A stretch of 64,000 nucleotides of DNA from assembly GCA_036339735.1 (NCBI GenBank), contig JAYZAL010000038.1, positions 32,001-96,000 of the forward strand, given 5' to 3'. Position numbers and translations under genes: made by a program. The DNA comes from Candidatus Poribacteria bacterium. GTDB taxonomy: Bacteria; Poribacteria; WGA-4E; UBA9662. The notes under the pieces were generated by a model, which searched no databases, was not told where the DNA came from, and saw only the letters and a list, made by a program, of their open reading frames with translations. Positions 1 through 10,388 of this stretch are shown piece by piece. The first letter of the stretch is position 1. Every line of letters begins with the position of its first letter.

Positions 1-668
1 TCCAAACGAGTAAGGTTACCAGCCTGAAATAGACCAGTGGCAAAATCTGTGGCAGCTTCGTTGGCGAGCACAATTTGGCGATGGACTTCCATACGATACC
101 AATCAGTTACCAATTGGTGGTATGCTTGCTCAGTTTGACTAATCAAGTCGATTACTTCAGCTCTAATTTGATGAGCTGTCATTTTTACGTAGTACTTTTG
201 TATTGCCTGTTGTTTAGGGTTAAATAACAGATCAGCTATATCCATACTGATAACCATCTCTGACTCTGCTGAATGTGCATGTTCATTTGGCCAATCTGTA
301 TGCAGAGAAAAGTGAAGCGACGGGTTTGACCAAATCCCTGAAGCAACCCACTCTGCCTGATCGATGCCTAGCCGTTGGAAACTAGCCTGAAGGGATCTAT
401 TATTAAGCAAAGCCATTTGGACTGTCCGTTGCAGATCAAGTGGCTGAGACAACATTTCTTCCCGTTTAGCTGAAGATAACGCACCCATTTTAAGCTGATG
501 ACTAGTCTGTTGTTTAGTAACGGTGCTAATTTCCGAAAAAGTTTGTTGTACAGAGAAATTAGCACAGCCAGTTGCTATAAGCCCAATTACCCACGAGACG
601 AGCAATATTAGAAACAATGTCTTGAGTCTCCACCAATTTTCAATGATTACTTTCTTTCTATTGGTCAT
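1..668 (-). CDS. TolC-family outer-membrane lipoprotein of the copper/metal-resistance type (partial, runs off the window start)
   Basis: Not in the ORF track. Manual translation from ATG 668 gives MTNRKKVIIENWWRLKTLFLILLVSWVIGLIATGCANF...PLDLQRTVQMALLNNRSLQASFQRLGIDQAEWVASGIWSNPSL...FQAGNLTRL, open to base 1. It has a lipobox (ATGC) and an OEP-like 'VQMALLNN.SLQA' segment. Confidence 0.8.
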   Translation of the reverse strand, partial: MTNRKKVIIENWWRLKTLFLILLVSWVIGLIATGCANFSVQQTFSEISTVTKQQTSHQLKMGALSSAKREEMLSQPLDLQRTVQMALLNNRSLQASFQRLGIDQAEWVASGIWSNPSLHFSLHTDWPNEHAHSAESEMVISMDIADLLFNPKQQAIQKYYVKMTAHQIRAEVIDLISQTEQAYHQLVTDWYRMEVHRQIVLANEAATDFATGLFQAGNLTRL

Positions 669-1368
669 TACTTTCTCCCTGAGTCATTAGTGAACTAGTT
701 TCTAGCTTAAATGCCTGACTATAGCACTTTAGCATCGTTGCACCAAAATAAGGGTTTCTCACCTCGGCCACCGATTGTAACCAGACTCCTTTTTGTGGTA
801 CGTGTGGGGCCATACCACACACAAATCCGTAAACTTTCACAGGAAGAGCTAATTTATGTAGCCAATCCAATAAGCTATGGCTTAAAAAACCGTAATGCTT
901 ACGAGCATCTTGTATGGAGCTAGAAGAGGATAATTGATGACCATACTGATGGATTTTTTCTAGAATCTGAATTATCTTAAGGTCTTCTTGGTTCGTTACA
1001 CTTTTTAGCTGATCTAAGGCAGATAAAAATGTGTGGGATTGAGAGGGAATCGTATCGTATTTGTCCTTAGCTAGCCGATTACCAACGGCAAAGTAAGCTT
1101 CTAACATATTTTGTAAGTATTTAATTGCTTCGTTGGATAAGGCTAAGGTTGAACCTTTCGGCATTTTAGCCCTTTCGCTTTGCCGAATTAGCAGAGTATT
1201 TTTTGATTGATCTAGATTAGTTGAATCTATTTTTGCCGATGTGGGTTGAGCAGGATGGATATTCGAACTATTGGGTGCAGAGTGATGACTACAACCAAAG
1301 ATGAACGCAAATACAAGGGCCGTAATGATCGAAATTAACATATGAATTAGTCGAATGAGGTTTCTCAT
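658..1368 (-). CDS. DUF3347-like lipoprotein (heavy-metal efflux associated)
   Basis: Lipobox IFGC. C-terminal CGMA...GVWLQ...VRNPYFGATMLKC matches the DUF3347/CusB-associated motif. Overlaps the TolC start by 11 nt. Confidence 0.75.
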   Translation of the reverse strand: MRNLIRLIHMLISIITALVFAFIFGCSHHSAPNSSNIHPAQPTSAKIDSTNLDQSKNTLLIRQSERAKMPKGSTLALSNEAIKYLQNMLEAYFAVGNRLAKDKYDTIPSQSHTFLSALDQLKSVTNQEDLKIIQILEKIHQYGHQLSSSSSIQDARKHYGFLSHSLLDWLHKLALPVKVYGFVCGMAPHVPQKGVWLQSVAEVRNPYFGATMLKCYSQAFKLETSSLMTQGESNDQ

Positions 1369-1447
1369 AACAATCTCCTATCTTAACCATAAATTATCCA
1401 AGTCTTAGATGGTTCAATTGATGATTTGGTGACTAAAAAGCACTGGG

Positions 1448-1470
1448 ACTGGGGTCAGGTCCTCCCCAGT
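1448..1470 (-). promoter_or_regulatory. GC-rich hairpin between the leader ORF and the DUF3347 gene
   Basis: ACTGGGG (1448-1454) and CCCCAGT (1464-1470) form a perfect inverted repeat in otherwise AT-rich intergenic DNA. Confidence 0.45.
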
Positions 1471-1519
1471 AAATGGGGGCCTCAGACCAAGTAATAAAAA
1501 ATAAACCGGATTCTAATTT

Positions 1520-1942
1520 CTAAGACAGATACGAAAATGGCGGAGAGCGAGGCGAACAAAAATTTAGGAAAGAATCTAAAATGCTTAGTGTGGAATGATG
1601 TCCGAACCATAAGTAAGAAACTGGCTCTACCGAAACCGGATAGGTGAGACTAGCTAGATCTATTACATGGTAGTAGGTATGTGAGTGTGGCGTTTTATTT
1701 TTACTTTGGTTAATTACTGATTTAATAGAACAACAATTGGTTTTGGTGTTCTTCGGTTCTGAATCAGGTCGATCTGTTTGATAGCAACAAAAAGAAATTT
1801 GATGAAATTTGGCAGTTTTGGAGAGATGGTCTTCGATTTGGTTGCAACTATCTAGACCACCCCAAGCACACACCACCCAGCAGGAAAAGTATACTGGCAA
1901 GGCAATAAGCGCCAGAATTGTTTTTCTTCTACGCTCTGTCAT
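1520..1942 (-). CDS. Cys/His-rich leader protein with C-terminal RSPP (DUF2946/CruR/CutF-like putative arrest peptide)
   Basis: N-terminal hydrophobic segment, two CC pairs, His clusters and the C-terminus ...FCSPRSPPFSYLS. Directly upstream of metal-resistance genes. Confidence 0.6.
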   Translation of the reverse strand: MTERRRKTILALIALPVYFSCWVVCAWGGLDSCNQIEDHLSKTAKFHQISFCCYQTDRPDSEPKNTKTNCCSIKSVINQSKNKTPHSHTYYHVIDLASLTYPVSVEPVSYLWFGHHSTLSILDSFLNFCSPRSPPFSYLS

Positions 1943-2048
1943 ATTTTCTATACTAACCTAATCCCAATATAAAAAACAAATATACTCAAAATAGTCATGG
2001 CCAGCCTTTAGTTGAAAAAACAAACTTTACTCCACATCTTTTCATTGA

Positions 2049-3992
2049 TCACCAATTTTTGAATGCATACATAGGTTGTCCAGTGATTAAGCTCAGTATG
2101 CTCCAGAAACTACCCAAAACAAACTCACCCAAAATCAGTCCAATGAAAAATGGTAATGCCGTTCGATAAACACGTATCCCTCCTAATTTCAGCATTAATA
2201 GTTTTAGAGCCCAACCACATAAAACTGAAGACCAGATCCAGTTCATAGCATAATCATCGGCTAAGGTGTAACCAAGCGGGTGGATCTGCCACCATATCAA
2301 TCTCGATCGAACTATTAGCATTATTAAAGTTAAGCAGAAACCGAGAGCAACTGCAATCAATGCCGGAATATCTGGCGGGTCAGGATAGGTCAACCAACCT
2401 TCTAACAGTGTATAAGGTTCTCTACCAAAGGCAGAAACCGCGTAGCTGGCAATTCCTCGGGATCCACCTTCCAAGTAAAAAGCATCTAATAATTTCCACC
2501 AGACAGTGATAGCACCAATGGCTGAGCCAACAATTAGAGCGAAAAATATGCGACGACTCGAAAATTTCTGGACTTGTGCTAATTTTAAACTTTCTAGCTG
2601 TACTGGCATCGGATGGCATCGATAAGCTCGATTAAACCAAGAGAAGATCGACAAAAGTGTCAGATTTTGATTACCAACTAACTGAGTACCTGTAGCAAAA
2701 ACGACCAATCTCTGTGGCCCCATGAAATGTAGGTCATGAACTGGAGCACCTAGTTCCGCACGAATCCGAGATAATCCAATTGACAAGGTGAAATAAAGCG
2801 AAAAGAAAGCCAAGGCAATCCATACTGACATACCAGCATAAATAGAAAATCCGATGAGAAAAAGGCTACCTACAGACACGTAGATAAAAGCATAACGCAT
2901 CGAAATAGGTCCCTCACTATCCGTATTAGTAGACCGATAAGCTTCAAGTAAGGCATTAATAAAATGGTGTCGACCTGCAAATAGGACAAAAGCAAAAATA
3001 CCCATATAGGCACCAAATGACTGGTGACGAGAATAGGGAAATTGAGGTAATGTACGCCAGCCGAAAGCAGATCCCATCACTTTCAGCCCCTTCATCAACC
3101 AATAGAAAAACCAGCAGGAAAAAGAGAGTTCATGAGGTATTAAAAAAGCCATTGAAACAACAAAAGGAAAAATTCTAACTGGAGTAGGGCCAATCGATTT
3201 CCAAGGCGAATCAGTGACAACAGACCTTAGGTCCAAGCTCCAGATTAGTATCGGTAGATGGGGGAACAGATAGGCTAGTCCATTGTATAGCGTAATGATC
3301 GCTGTTACAATAAAACCAACCCAGAACGGGTATAAGCGTAGGATTTGGTTTTTTGAATCCAATAAGGAAAGTGGTAACTGAGTAATGGGATAAGTTAATC
3401 GTTCATGCTCTACCCATTGGCGACGCAAAATGGCAGATAAACCTGCTGTTACAAAGATAATAGCCATCAAAAAACTTGTCCAAGCACCAATAACAGGTAG
3501 CCAATGTATCAAGTACGCTCCAAATCGATCCTCTCCTTTATAAAAACCATTTAGAATACTACGATCATGAATGACCCACCAATCAGGCAAATAGCTCAGA
3601 AACAATTTATCCCATTCATTTTCTGGTGTAGCAAACCAAGTTGGGTAAGCTGTAATAGGAACGAGTACCTGTAGCATGTCTACACCTGCTACAGCAGTTC
3701 CAATCGTCATAATTGCGTAAATAATAGATAATTCGGTGGTACTTAGGAAGTAGGGTTTCCAAGATTGAGGTAATGATTTCTGCAGAACAACCAAAACAAA
3801 TAGCAATGCTACGACGTGGAAGAATATGGACATGGCCGTCGGGTACGATGCTCCACCAACAGCTGTTCCACCTCCCTGCGTAGAACCACCGCTCAGCATT
3901 TCCATCTTTAACATCCAAATAACGGAAATAGGAACTAGTACATACCCAATTAGCTGTGCACGTATCCTTGTGTCTTGGTTTTTCAATAACAT
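2049..3992 (-). CDS. Polytopic membrane protein, DUF6785/DUF6784-like (OPT-like putative transporter)
   Basis: 647 aa with many transmembrane segments. Motifs ATPENEW, LRRQWVEHERLTYP, RIRAELG, HPLGY and PFFIGLILGE. Confidence 0.7.
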   Translation of the reverse strand: MLLKNQDTRIRAQLIGYVLVPISVIWMLKMEMLSGGSTQGGGTAVGGASYPTAMSIFFHVVALLFVLVVLQKSLPQSWKPYFLSTTELSIIYAIMTIGTAVAGVDMLQVLVPITAYPTWFATPENEWDKLFLSYLPDWWVIHDRSILNGFYKGEDRFGAYLIHWLPVIGAWTSFLMAIIFVTAGLSAILRRQWVEHERLTYPITQLPLSLLDSKNQILRLYPFWVGFIVTAIITLYNGLAYLFPHLPILIWSLDLRSVVTDSPWKSIGPTPVRIFPFVVSMAFLIPHELSFSCWFFYWLMKGLKVMGSAFGWRTLPQFPYSRHQSFGAYMGIFAFVLFAGRHHFINALLEAYRSTNTDSEGPISMRYAFIYVSVGSLFLIGFSIYAGMSVWIALAFFSLYFTLSIGLSRIRAELGAPVHDLHFMGPQRLVVFATGTQLVGNQNLTLLSIFSWFNRAYRCHPMPVQLESLKLAQVQKFSSRRIFFALIVGSAIGAITVWWKLLDAFYLEGGSRGIASYAVSAFGREPYTLLEGWLTYPDPPDIPALIAVALGFCLTLIMLIVRSRLIWWQIHPLGYTLADDYAMNWIWSSVLCGWALKLLMLKLGGIRVYRTALPFFIGLILGEFVLGSFWSILSLITGQPMYAFKNW

Positions 3993-4301
3993 TTGATTTT
4001 GAATATAAGGCTCCCTTGGTCTGGTGTCTCAAATGATATGAAATCGGAGGGACTTAGTAGTTTACCCAAATTGGAATCCCTATTTATCAACATTTTTCTT
4101 GAAAATTGTTATTATGGTCTCAGCCCAAAAGTCTTACGTTATTCCGAATTGACTTAGTGGTATTGACTAAGCTCTGAGAGCAAATTAGAATAGAACCAGA
4201 TCTAACAGGTTTTGAGAATTTATCGATGATATTGGCAGTAAATTCTAATTTATTATGCTAGACTTTTCTTTCAGACATGCATTTTAATATTAGTCTTTAT
4301 C

Positions 4302-5738
4302 TTATTTAGTTTGGTAACGAATAAAATGTTTTCCAGCATCAACAATTGTTTCAAAATATCCAGTAGCAACAGATGCAGATAGAGCTGCACCCACAGCAGC
4401 TTCCTCTGTGTGTATTGGTATCGACATAGAAGTCGAAAACTTACTTTCAATCGATTTTTGTAAGACTCTATTACGCCGAATACCATTACCTGCCCCTACG
4501 AGCTTGGTTCGTTCAGACAAACCGGACCTCTTCATTTGTTGATGGAAAACGTCAAATTCATTGGCTATGCCTTCTAGAAGGGAACGTGCAAAATGACCGA
4601 TTGTGAAGTTAGTTTCACTGATGCCTGACCAAATACCTCTTCGATCCGGTTGCTTCCGAGAACCACCGAATATAGGCTCACACCTTAACCCTTCTGATTC
4701 GCCAGGGATACAGTCAGCCAGTTGGTTCAAAATCAAGTAAAGATCACTTGTATTCTGATTTGGTTCTATACCGAAGACCGATTGGCCAATTTGTTGAACG
4801 AAATGCTTGAGCGAACGATAAGACCTGCCACCACATAAGCCGGCGCCAACTAATAGATAACCATCTGACAGAAAGGGTCGAATGTCTAAAGATTCATTTT
4901 GATGCAGATTCGGTACAAAAGCAGAAATTTGGCCACCAGTTCCAACGTTGACCAGAATACTATTTTTAGGATCATCCACACTTCCGGCAAAACTGGCTTG
5001 ATTGTCCCCACAAGCCACTGAAACTGGAACTCCATCTAACGAGTCTAGTTTTTTGACCATACCAGCCACACTACAATTTTCTGAAACAAAAGGGAAATGG
5101 GTTGTGGGTAAATTCAACGACTTGAGAAAGTCTGTGTTCCAGGAGTTATTCGTGATATTGAAACAGCCAGAACTAGCAGCATTGGTTCGATCAGTCGTAG
5201 GTGTACTTTGGCACAATTGACTAACAAGATAATCTGGAGCGAAACAGGCTTGCGTGTTAGCTGGCAGACGACCATTTTCTGAAAGCCAAAATAAAGTCGT
5301 TCCCATATATCCAGTTGAAGGTAAAGAATTAGACTGAGTCGAATTAGCTACTGATCGCATTCGCTGAACATATGTTAAATTGCCAGAATGAATCTGACTC
5401 CCACGTTTATCTTGCCAACCGATAAAGTTTGAGCATGGTTGGTAGTTTTTGTCCAGTAAAGCCATGCCGTGCATCTGTCCAGTCACACCAATTCCTCTAA
5501 TCTCTCGATTTGGTATTCCAGTTGTTATGTTGACCAGTAGATTTAAAGCTAAACTAATCATTCGGTCCAAATCCCATTCTGAATAATTCGGTTGGCCTGA
5601 TATATCTATCTGACTGTCATTATCTATGCTCAATTGCCGAAGAACAGGACTACGGTTAGGAAAGTTCACCACATTCAGATCAATTAGGACAGTACTGATA
5701 GAAGTCGTCCCAAGATCAATTCCAACAAATTTAGACAT
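4302..5738 (-). CDS. FGGY-family carbohydrate kinase (sedoheptulokinase-like)
   Basis: GIDLGTTS, GVTGQMHG, WQDKR, GDNQAS, NVGTGGQIS and GAGNG motifs. ATG 5738 is preferred over TTG 5765. Confidence 0.85.
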   Translation of the reverse strand: MSKFVGIDLGTTSISTVLIDLNVVNFPNRSPVLRQLSIDNDSQIDISGQPNYSEWDLDRMISLALNLLVNITTGIPNREIRGIGVTGQMHGMALLDKNYQPCSNFIGWQDKRGSQIHSGNLTYVQRMRSVANSTQSNSLPSTGYMGTTLFWLSENGRLPANTQACFAPDYLVSQLCQSTPTTDRTNAASSGCFNITNNSWNTDFLKSLNLPTTHFPFVSENCSVAGMVKKLDSLDGVPVSVACGDNQASFAGSVDDPKNSILVNVGTGGQISAFVPNLHQNESLDIRPFLSDGYLLVGAGLCGGRSYRSLKHFVQQIGQSVFGIEPNQNTSDLYLILNQLADCIPGESEGLRCEPIFGGSRKQPDRRGIWSGISETNFTIGHFARSLLEGIANEFDVFHQQMKRSGLSERTKLVGAGNGIRRNRVLQKSIESKFSTSMSIPIHTEEAAVGAALSASVATGYFETIVDAGKHFIRYQTK

Positions 5739-5930
5739 ATCACCGCTCAAATAGTTGATTAACAATTCGATCCATAAGATTGCAAAGAGAGCCGCTCATT
5801 ATAGGTCAGTCGAGTTTATTGGTCAAACCACAGGTAATTTATTATAGATAACACGTACCAGAAATTAGGTCGACTGATAATCACCCTGACCATTATGGTA
5901 ATCTTTTAAGAATACTTGAAAGGATCAATT

Positions 5931-6716
5931 ATGAGTTCGATCATCCAAACAAATAAGAACATTACGACTAAACTCAACCTCTTTCTCTTATCCTTTTATT
6001 TTATCTTCTTTTTAGCGACGATCAATCTTGAAGCTGGAGATCTGGTTCTACATCTAACTTTCGATAAGTTCTCCGGGCCTGTTGTGAAAGACCAATCAGG
6101 TTTTGGTCATAACGCAACTTTTAATGTTCAGCCTAGAGAAACTAAAGGCCCATTGGGTAATCAGGCCGCAAAACTGGATGGTGTCAGTTGGGCAGAAATT
6201 GAAGATAGCGACGATCTTGATTTGATGACAGCTTTGACCATCGAGGCTTGGGTGTTTATTAGTTCTGATGAGAAACAAATCGTGGTGGAGAAAGGTGCTA
6301 CTTGGAAAAGAGATGGCGAATACAGTCTATTATTTTACGAAAAGCGAAGACCCGTAATTCAGGCACAAGACCTTGCTGATAATTGTGATGATGAAGCGGT
6401 AGGCGATGAAATACCACGTGATACTTGGACACATATAGCCGGTACCTGGGATAGTAAAGCCTTCAAATTATATATCAATGGTGAATTGAATCTAGAACTT
6501 GAGTGTGCCGGAAAACTATTAAAAAGCCAGGAATCTTTGTATATTGGTAGTCGAGGAGGAGGCCTCCGTTTTCTCAAAGGATCTATTGACGATTTACGGA
6601 TTTATAACTATGCATTAGAAAATAAGCAAATTCGAATGGACATGGAAAATAAGCTATTGATCTCGAAAAAAGAGAAGATCGCAACCACTTGGGGAAGAGT
6701 CAAGGCAGTCAGGTAG
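5931..6716 (+). CDS. Secreted LamG/concanavalin-A-like domain protein with C-terminal KIATTWGRVK motif
   Basis: Signal-like N-terminus. LamG motifs DQSGFGHNA, LTIEAWV, WTHIAGTWD..KLYING and GSIDDLRIYNYAL. Confidence 0.85.
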   Translation: MSSIIQTNKNITTKLNLFLLSFYFIFFLATINLEAGDLVLHLTFDKFSGPVVKDQSGFGHNATFNVQPRETKGPLGNQAAKLDGVSWAEIEDSDDLDLMTALTIEAWVFISSDEKQIVVEKGATWKRDGEYSLLFYEKRRPVIQAQDLADNCDDEAVGDEIPRDTWTHIAGTWDSKAFKLYINGELNLELECAGKLLKSQESLYIGSRGGGLRFLKGSIDDLRIYNYALENKQIRMDMENKLLISKKEKIATTWGRVKAVR

Positions 6717-6803
6717 ATAACCACGTCTATCACTTATTCCGTAATTATTTGAACTTAACTAACCCGTGACGGCCTACGCTTTTATGATAGGAGATAATGT
6801 TCG

Positions 6804-7790
6804 ATGAATTCTGTTCCAACCAAATTTACTCGTTTAGATATGAATCGATTAATCACCTTTACACAACAAGCATTCCAAAAGGTCGGTACGAACGAAAAGG
6901 ATGCGTCTCTTATGGCCAAACTATTGGTCGAAACTGATCTTCGTGGTGTCTTTAGCCATGGTACCCGTCAGCTTGATGGTTATATTCAAATGATGATAGA
7001 CCAAAAGGTTAATCCTAGACCAAATATTCAAAATGAAGTGAGTAGTCAGACTACTGCTATCTTTGATGGTGATGGTGGGATGGGCCATTTACCATCCTAC
7101 CAAGCTGCACAATTCGTCGTAGAGGCGGCTAAATCGTTTGGTATCGCTGGCGCGGTAACTCGAAACCATTTCCACTTTGGAGCAGCTGGAACATACTCAC
7201 GTCTAGCTTTAGAACAAGACTGCATTGGGTTCTCGACTTCAGCTCACCGATTTAGGCCTAGCAAGGATCATTCGATCCTCTCCGCATCTGGCGCATCCCC
7301 CATTAGTTTTGCTATTCCTGCAGGTAAACAGCCTCCAATAGTCATTGATATGGGTGCCTACCTTGGTGGTTCGGGCGAGTTGTCCCAAGATCAGCTATTC
7401 AAATATATTCCAGCCACGTTTTTTAAATTTATTGGTCTAGGAGCAGCTGCACATATGATGGGTGGGTTTATGGCTGGCATTTGGATGTCTGACCCAGAAA
7501 TCGATCAGAATGCATGGGAGGGGGCCAACCAAGGAGCCTTTATTTGTGCCATTGACATTTCACGGTTTCGCGATTTGGAACATTTCAAACAAGAAGTTGA
7601 TCGACATCAAAAAGATATTCAACAAATGATACCTGCACCTGGATACGACCACGCTAATCTCCCTGGCACTTTAGAATACCAAAGAGAAAAAGAATGGGCA
7701 CAAATAGGAATTCCGATTGGTATCGATCACCAATCAATACTCAATGTAGTTGCCAACAAAATAGGCTTGGAACCACTGTTTAGTAATTAA
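6804..7790 (+). CDS. Ldh_2-family (malate/L-lactate/ureidoglycolate-type) oxidoreductase
   Basis: DLRGVFSHG, DGDGGMGH, RNHFHFGAAG and PISFAIP motifs. Confidence 0.85.
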   Translation: MNSVPTKFTRLDMNRLITFTQQAFQKVGTNEKDASLMAKLLVETDLRGVFSHGTRQLDGYIQMMIDQKVNPRPNIQNEVSSQTTAIFDGDGGMGHLPSYQAAQFVVEAAKSFGIAGAVTRNHFHFGAAGTYSRLALEQDCIGFSTSAHRFRPSKDHSILSASGASPISFAIPAGKQPPIVIDMGAYLGGSGELSQDQLFKYIPATFFKFIGLGAAAHMMGGFMAGIWMSDPEIDQNAWEGANQGAFICAIDISRFRDLEHFKQEVDRHQKDIQQMIPAPGYDHANLPGTLEYQREKEWAQIGIPIGIDHQSILNVVANKIGLEPLFSN

Positions 7791-8058
7791 TTGATTTCAT
7801 AGTGATGGATTAAGCGAATTGAAATTTTCTTGGTTGAAAAGGAATAATCAAGGAAAAACTGAATTCTATTCTTTGGAATAACCCAAACCATGTCTGTTAT
7901 TTCTGTTCTGTTATACAAATTCGATTGAGAATTGCCATATTAAAACCAAATTTTAACGAGATTTTTTATTGTGGTTTGTTTATTTTCGGCATCAGAAATA
8001 ATTGAGAAATTCTTAGAAGGATTCGAGCGTTGTAGGAAGATTTAGTTAATTGGCATAA

Positions 8059-8433
8059 ACACATCTTTCTACCTTTGAATCCAATAAAAATGGATATGAT
8101 ATTGAGAACTCGACCCGAAGCAGATTAACACACTTTGGTTCTGGTGCAATCACGGTTTCGGAACTCATAGAAAAATATCCTGAATTGGTACATCCAAATC
8201 TTGAGCTGACTAAAGGAGAAGTAGTTTAGTTTTGTCAATATGAGATAGCTAGAACGGTTGATGACGTGCTTGCAAGACGGTCTCGATCTCTGATAACCAA
8301 TGCGAAGGCTGCTTCAGAAGCCGCAGAGGCTGTCGAAAAAACAATGTCCAAAATACTGAAAAATGATGCCTCTTGGGTGGAGCAGCAAATCCTTATCTTC
8401 CAGAGTTTAGCCAGAAAATATATTAGCACCTAG
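8059..8433 (+). pseudogene. glpD: Remnant of the C-terminal domain of FAD-dependent glycerol-3-phosphate dehydrogenase (GlpD)
   Basis: Frame 1 reads ...HFGSGA...KYPELVHPNLELTKGEVV*FCQYEIARTVDDVLARRSRSL..NAKAASEAA...W.EQQ...F..LARKY*. There is an in-frame TAG at 8227-8229 and the FAD domain is absent. Confidence 0.75.
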
Positions 8434-8528
8434 TCTAAGTTCTTAGGTAGGAAAAATTGAAAAATTAAAGATCAAGCTGGACTAGATAATTTTCTTTAAA
8501 ATTCGTTTTCTATCTAAAGTCTTTGGTT

Positions 8529-9257
8529 CTAAATGCTTCTTTTTTGGTTGACATATGTCCCAATGTTTTCTACCGTATCAACCCATATATCTCCCTTCTT
8601 CAGAAATTGGCACAACTTTTCTAAAACAGAAATATTGACGGTTTGTTTACCTTGATGGCTAATCTCGTGCCCAAGAAATATTAGCCAAGAATTATTCTTT
8701 CGTGCGTAATCTAAATATAGCTGCACCGTTTCAAAAGTCACATCATCCATATCAAGTGCGGTTACCTGTGCTAGATCCGTGAAGGTTGGATCGTTGGGTA
8801 CTTCATTGAAGGCATCACGACCAACAAGGAAATATTCTGCTACCAATGGCACGTAACTCTTGACATCTTTGGATCTTCCAACGAACTTTTGTCCACAAGG
8901 GTAGGCAAATGTCTTCGGCTGTATGCCTAGTTCTTGTTCGATGCAGGAGTTTGCTTTTAAGATCTCATCTCTCATTTGTTCTAGGTTGTATTCTTCTAGG
9001 GGCTTGTGTCTGGCAAAAGAAAAATTGCCACTACATGGGTGATTGAATGTATGATTACCAACCTCATGCCCATTTTTGATCGCCTGTTCCCACTCAGTTT
9101 TTCTACTTCGCATCGGCTGAATTGAAACATAAAATGTTGCGTGAATATCATAGCTATCAAGTAATGGAAGACCATAATCAACTTGACTGGGTCTAGCGTC
9201 ATCAAACGTTAGGCTAAGTGCAGCCACTTTACCTTCTGGCCAAAATCCAATTGACAT
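8529..9257 (-). CDS. Polysaccharide deacetylase (NodB/CE4-like)
   Basis: SLTFDD, GHEVGNHTFNHP and FAYPCG motifs. Confidence 0.85.
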   Translation of the reverse strand: MSIGFWPEGKVAALSLTFDDARPSQVDYGLPLLDSYDIHATFYVSIQPMRSRKTEWEQAIKNGHEVGNHTFNHPCSGNFSFARHKPLEEYNLEQMRDEILKANSCIEQELGIQPKTFAYPCGQKFVGRSKDVKSYVPLVAEYFLVGRDAFNEVPNDPTFTDLAQVTALDMDDVTFETVQLYLDYARKNNSWLIFLGHEISHQGKQTVNISVLEKLCQFLKKGDIWVDTVENIGTYVNQKRSI

Positions 9258-9260
9258 AAT

Positions 9261-10385
9261 TCAGTTTCCTAGTTTTGAATAAATCCAATCTTTATCTATA
9301 ATGGCTACATGTAAATCGAAGACATCAGGATTTTCCCATCCACTCCGACCGTTGTCACATGTACGATTTGGTCCATAAACACAGTAGCTTATTATTGCCT
9401 TCTCATCGTTTAGCCAGTCGCATCCAATATTAGTAAAGTTATACTCTTGATGACTAGCTAGATCGCCAACTTTATGCCAAGTACTACCCTGATCCTTTGA
9501 AAGAGCAATACTCAACGGTGAGCGCAATCCATAATGATGATGGACGGGGTCGTACCAGCTGTCATTCCAAAGCAAAATTAGATCTTCAGTGTTAGGAATC
9601 GTCCTCAAACAAGTAGATGATTCTGGAGCCTTCAATCCTGTTGTCTGGGCGAGTTGCCAATTTTCTCCTTCATCATTAGACCTAGACAAAAATACTGATC
9701 CTAGCTGAGTTCTCAGCGACATCACTAATTCGCCATTTGGCAACTCCGCCACGGAAGATTCCATTGCACCTCGCATGGGAAGATCAAGGGGCTGAGCGTT
9801 TCGATTCCAAGTTTGTCCATCGTCATCACTGTAATAGCAGTGAACAACATTATGTTGCGAAGCTTGGTGGCCTTCCCCACCATGGAATGGTAGCAGAATT
9901 CGTCCTGATTGAAGTTGCAACAAACTGGTAGAACCACCTTGTAGCCACTGACCAGGACTTTTTTGCCAAATTGGGTTTTGCTGATGAAAGGAATATCCAC
10001 CATCAACTGATCTCAGCACATCCATGGTACTACTTTCACCACCTGTGTGCCCACGCAAACAAACCAGCAAAATATCACCATTCCTAAGTTTGCGTAGGGC
10101 AGGTGCCTGCACATTATTATCAGACGGGTTACAAGCGACTATTCTTTCCTCGTCTTGCCAAGTCAATCCTCCATCATGAGACCATTTTGCTGCTATATCG
10201 CATTTGCCAAAATCACTACTCCCTCTACTACTGTTACGGTACTTGTGCCATACAGCCAATAGTGAATCATCATCTAGCTGAGCGATAGAGGCGGTATCAT
10301 TGCGCGGAGTCATTTCACCCGACACACCCACAACACTGTATGCGACTTCTGATTGTCTAGTATACAGGCTTAATCTTTTGTCCAT
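9261..10385 (-). CDS. BNR-repeat sialidase-like protein
   Basis: Several Asp-boxes: SHDGGLTW, SVDGGYSF, SDDDGQTW, SNDEGENW and SKDQGSTW. Confidence 0.85.
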   Translation of the reverse strand: MDKRLSLYTRQSEVAYSVVGVSGEMTPRNDTASIAQLDDDSLLAVWHKYRNSSRGSSDFGKCDIAAKWSHDGGLTWQDEERIVACNPSDNNVQAPALRKLRNGDILLVCLRGHTGGESSTMDVLRSVDGGYSFHQQNPIWQKSPGQWLQGGSTSLLQLQSGRILLPFHGGEGHQASQHNVVHCYYSDDDGQTWNRNAQPLDLPMRGAMESSVAELPNGELVMSLRTQLGSVFLSRSNDEGENWQLAQTTGLKAPESSTCLRTIPNTEDLILLWNDSWYDPVHHHYGLRSPLSIALSKDQGSTWHKVGDLASHQEYNFTNIGCDWLNDEKAIISYCVYGPNRTCDNGRSGWENPDVFDLHVAIIDKDWIYSKLGN

Positions 10386-10388
10386 TAA

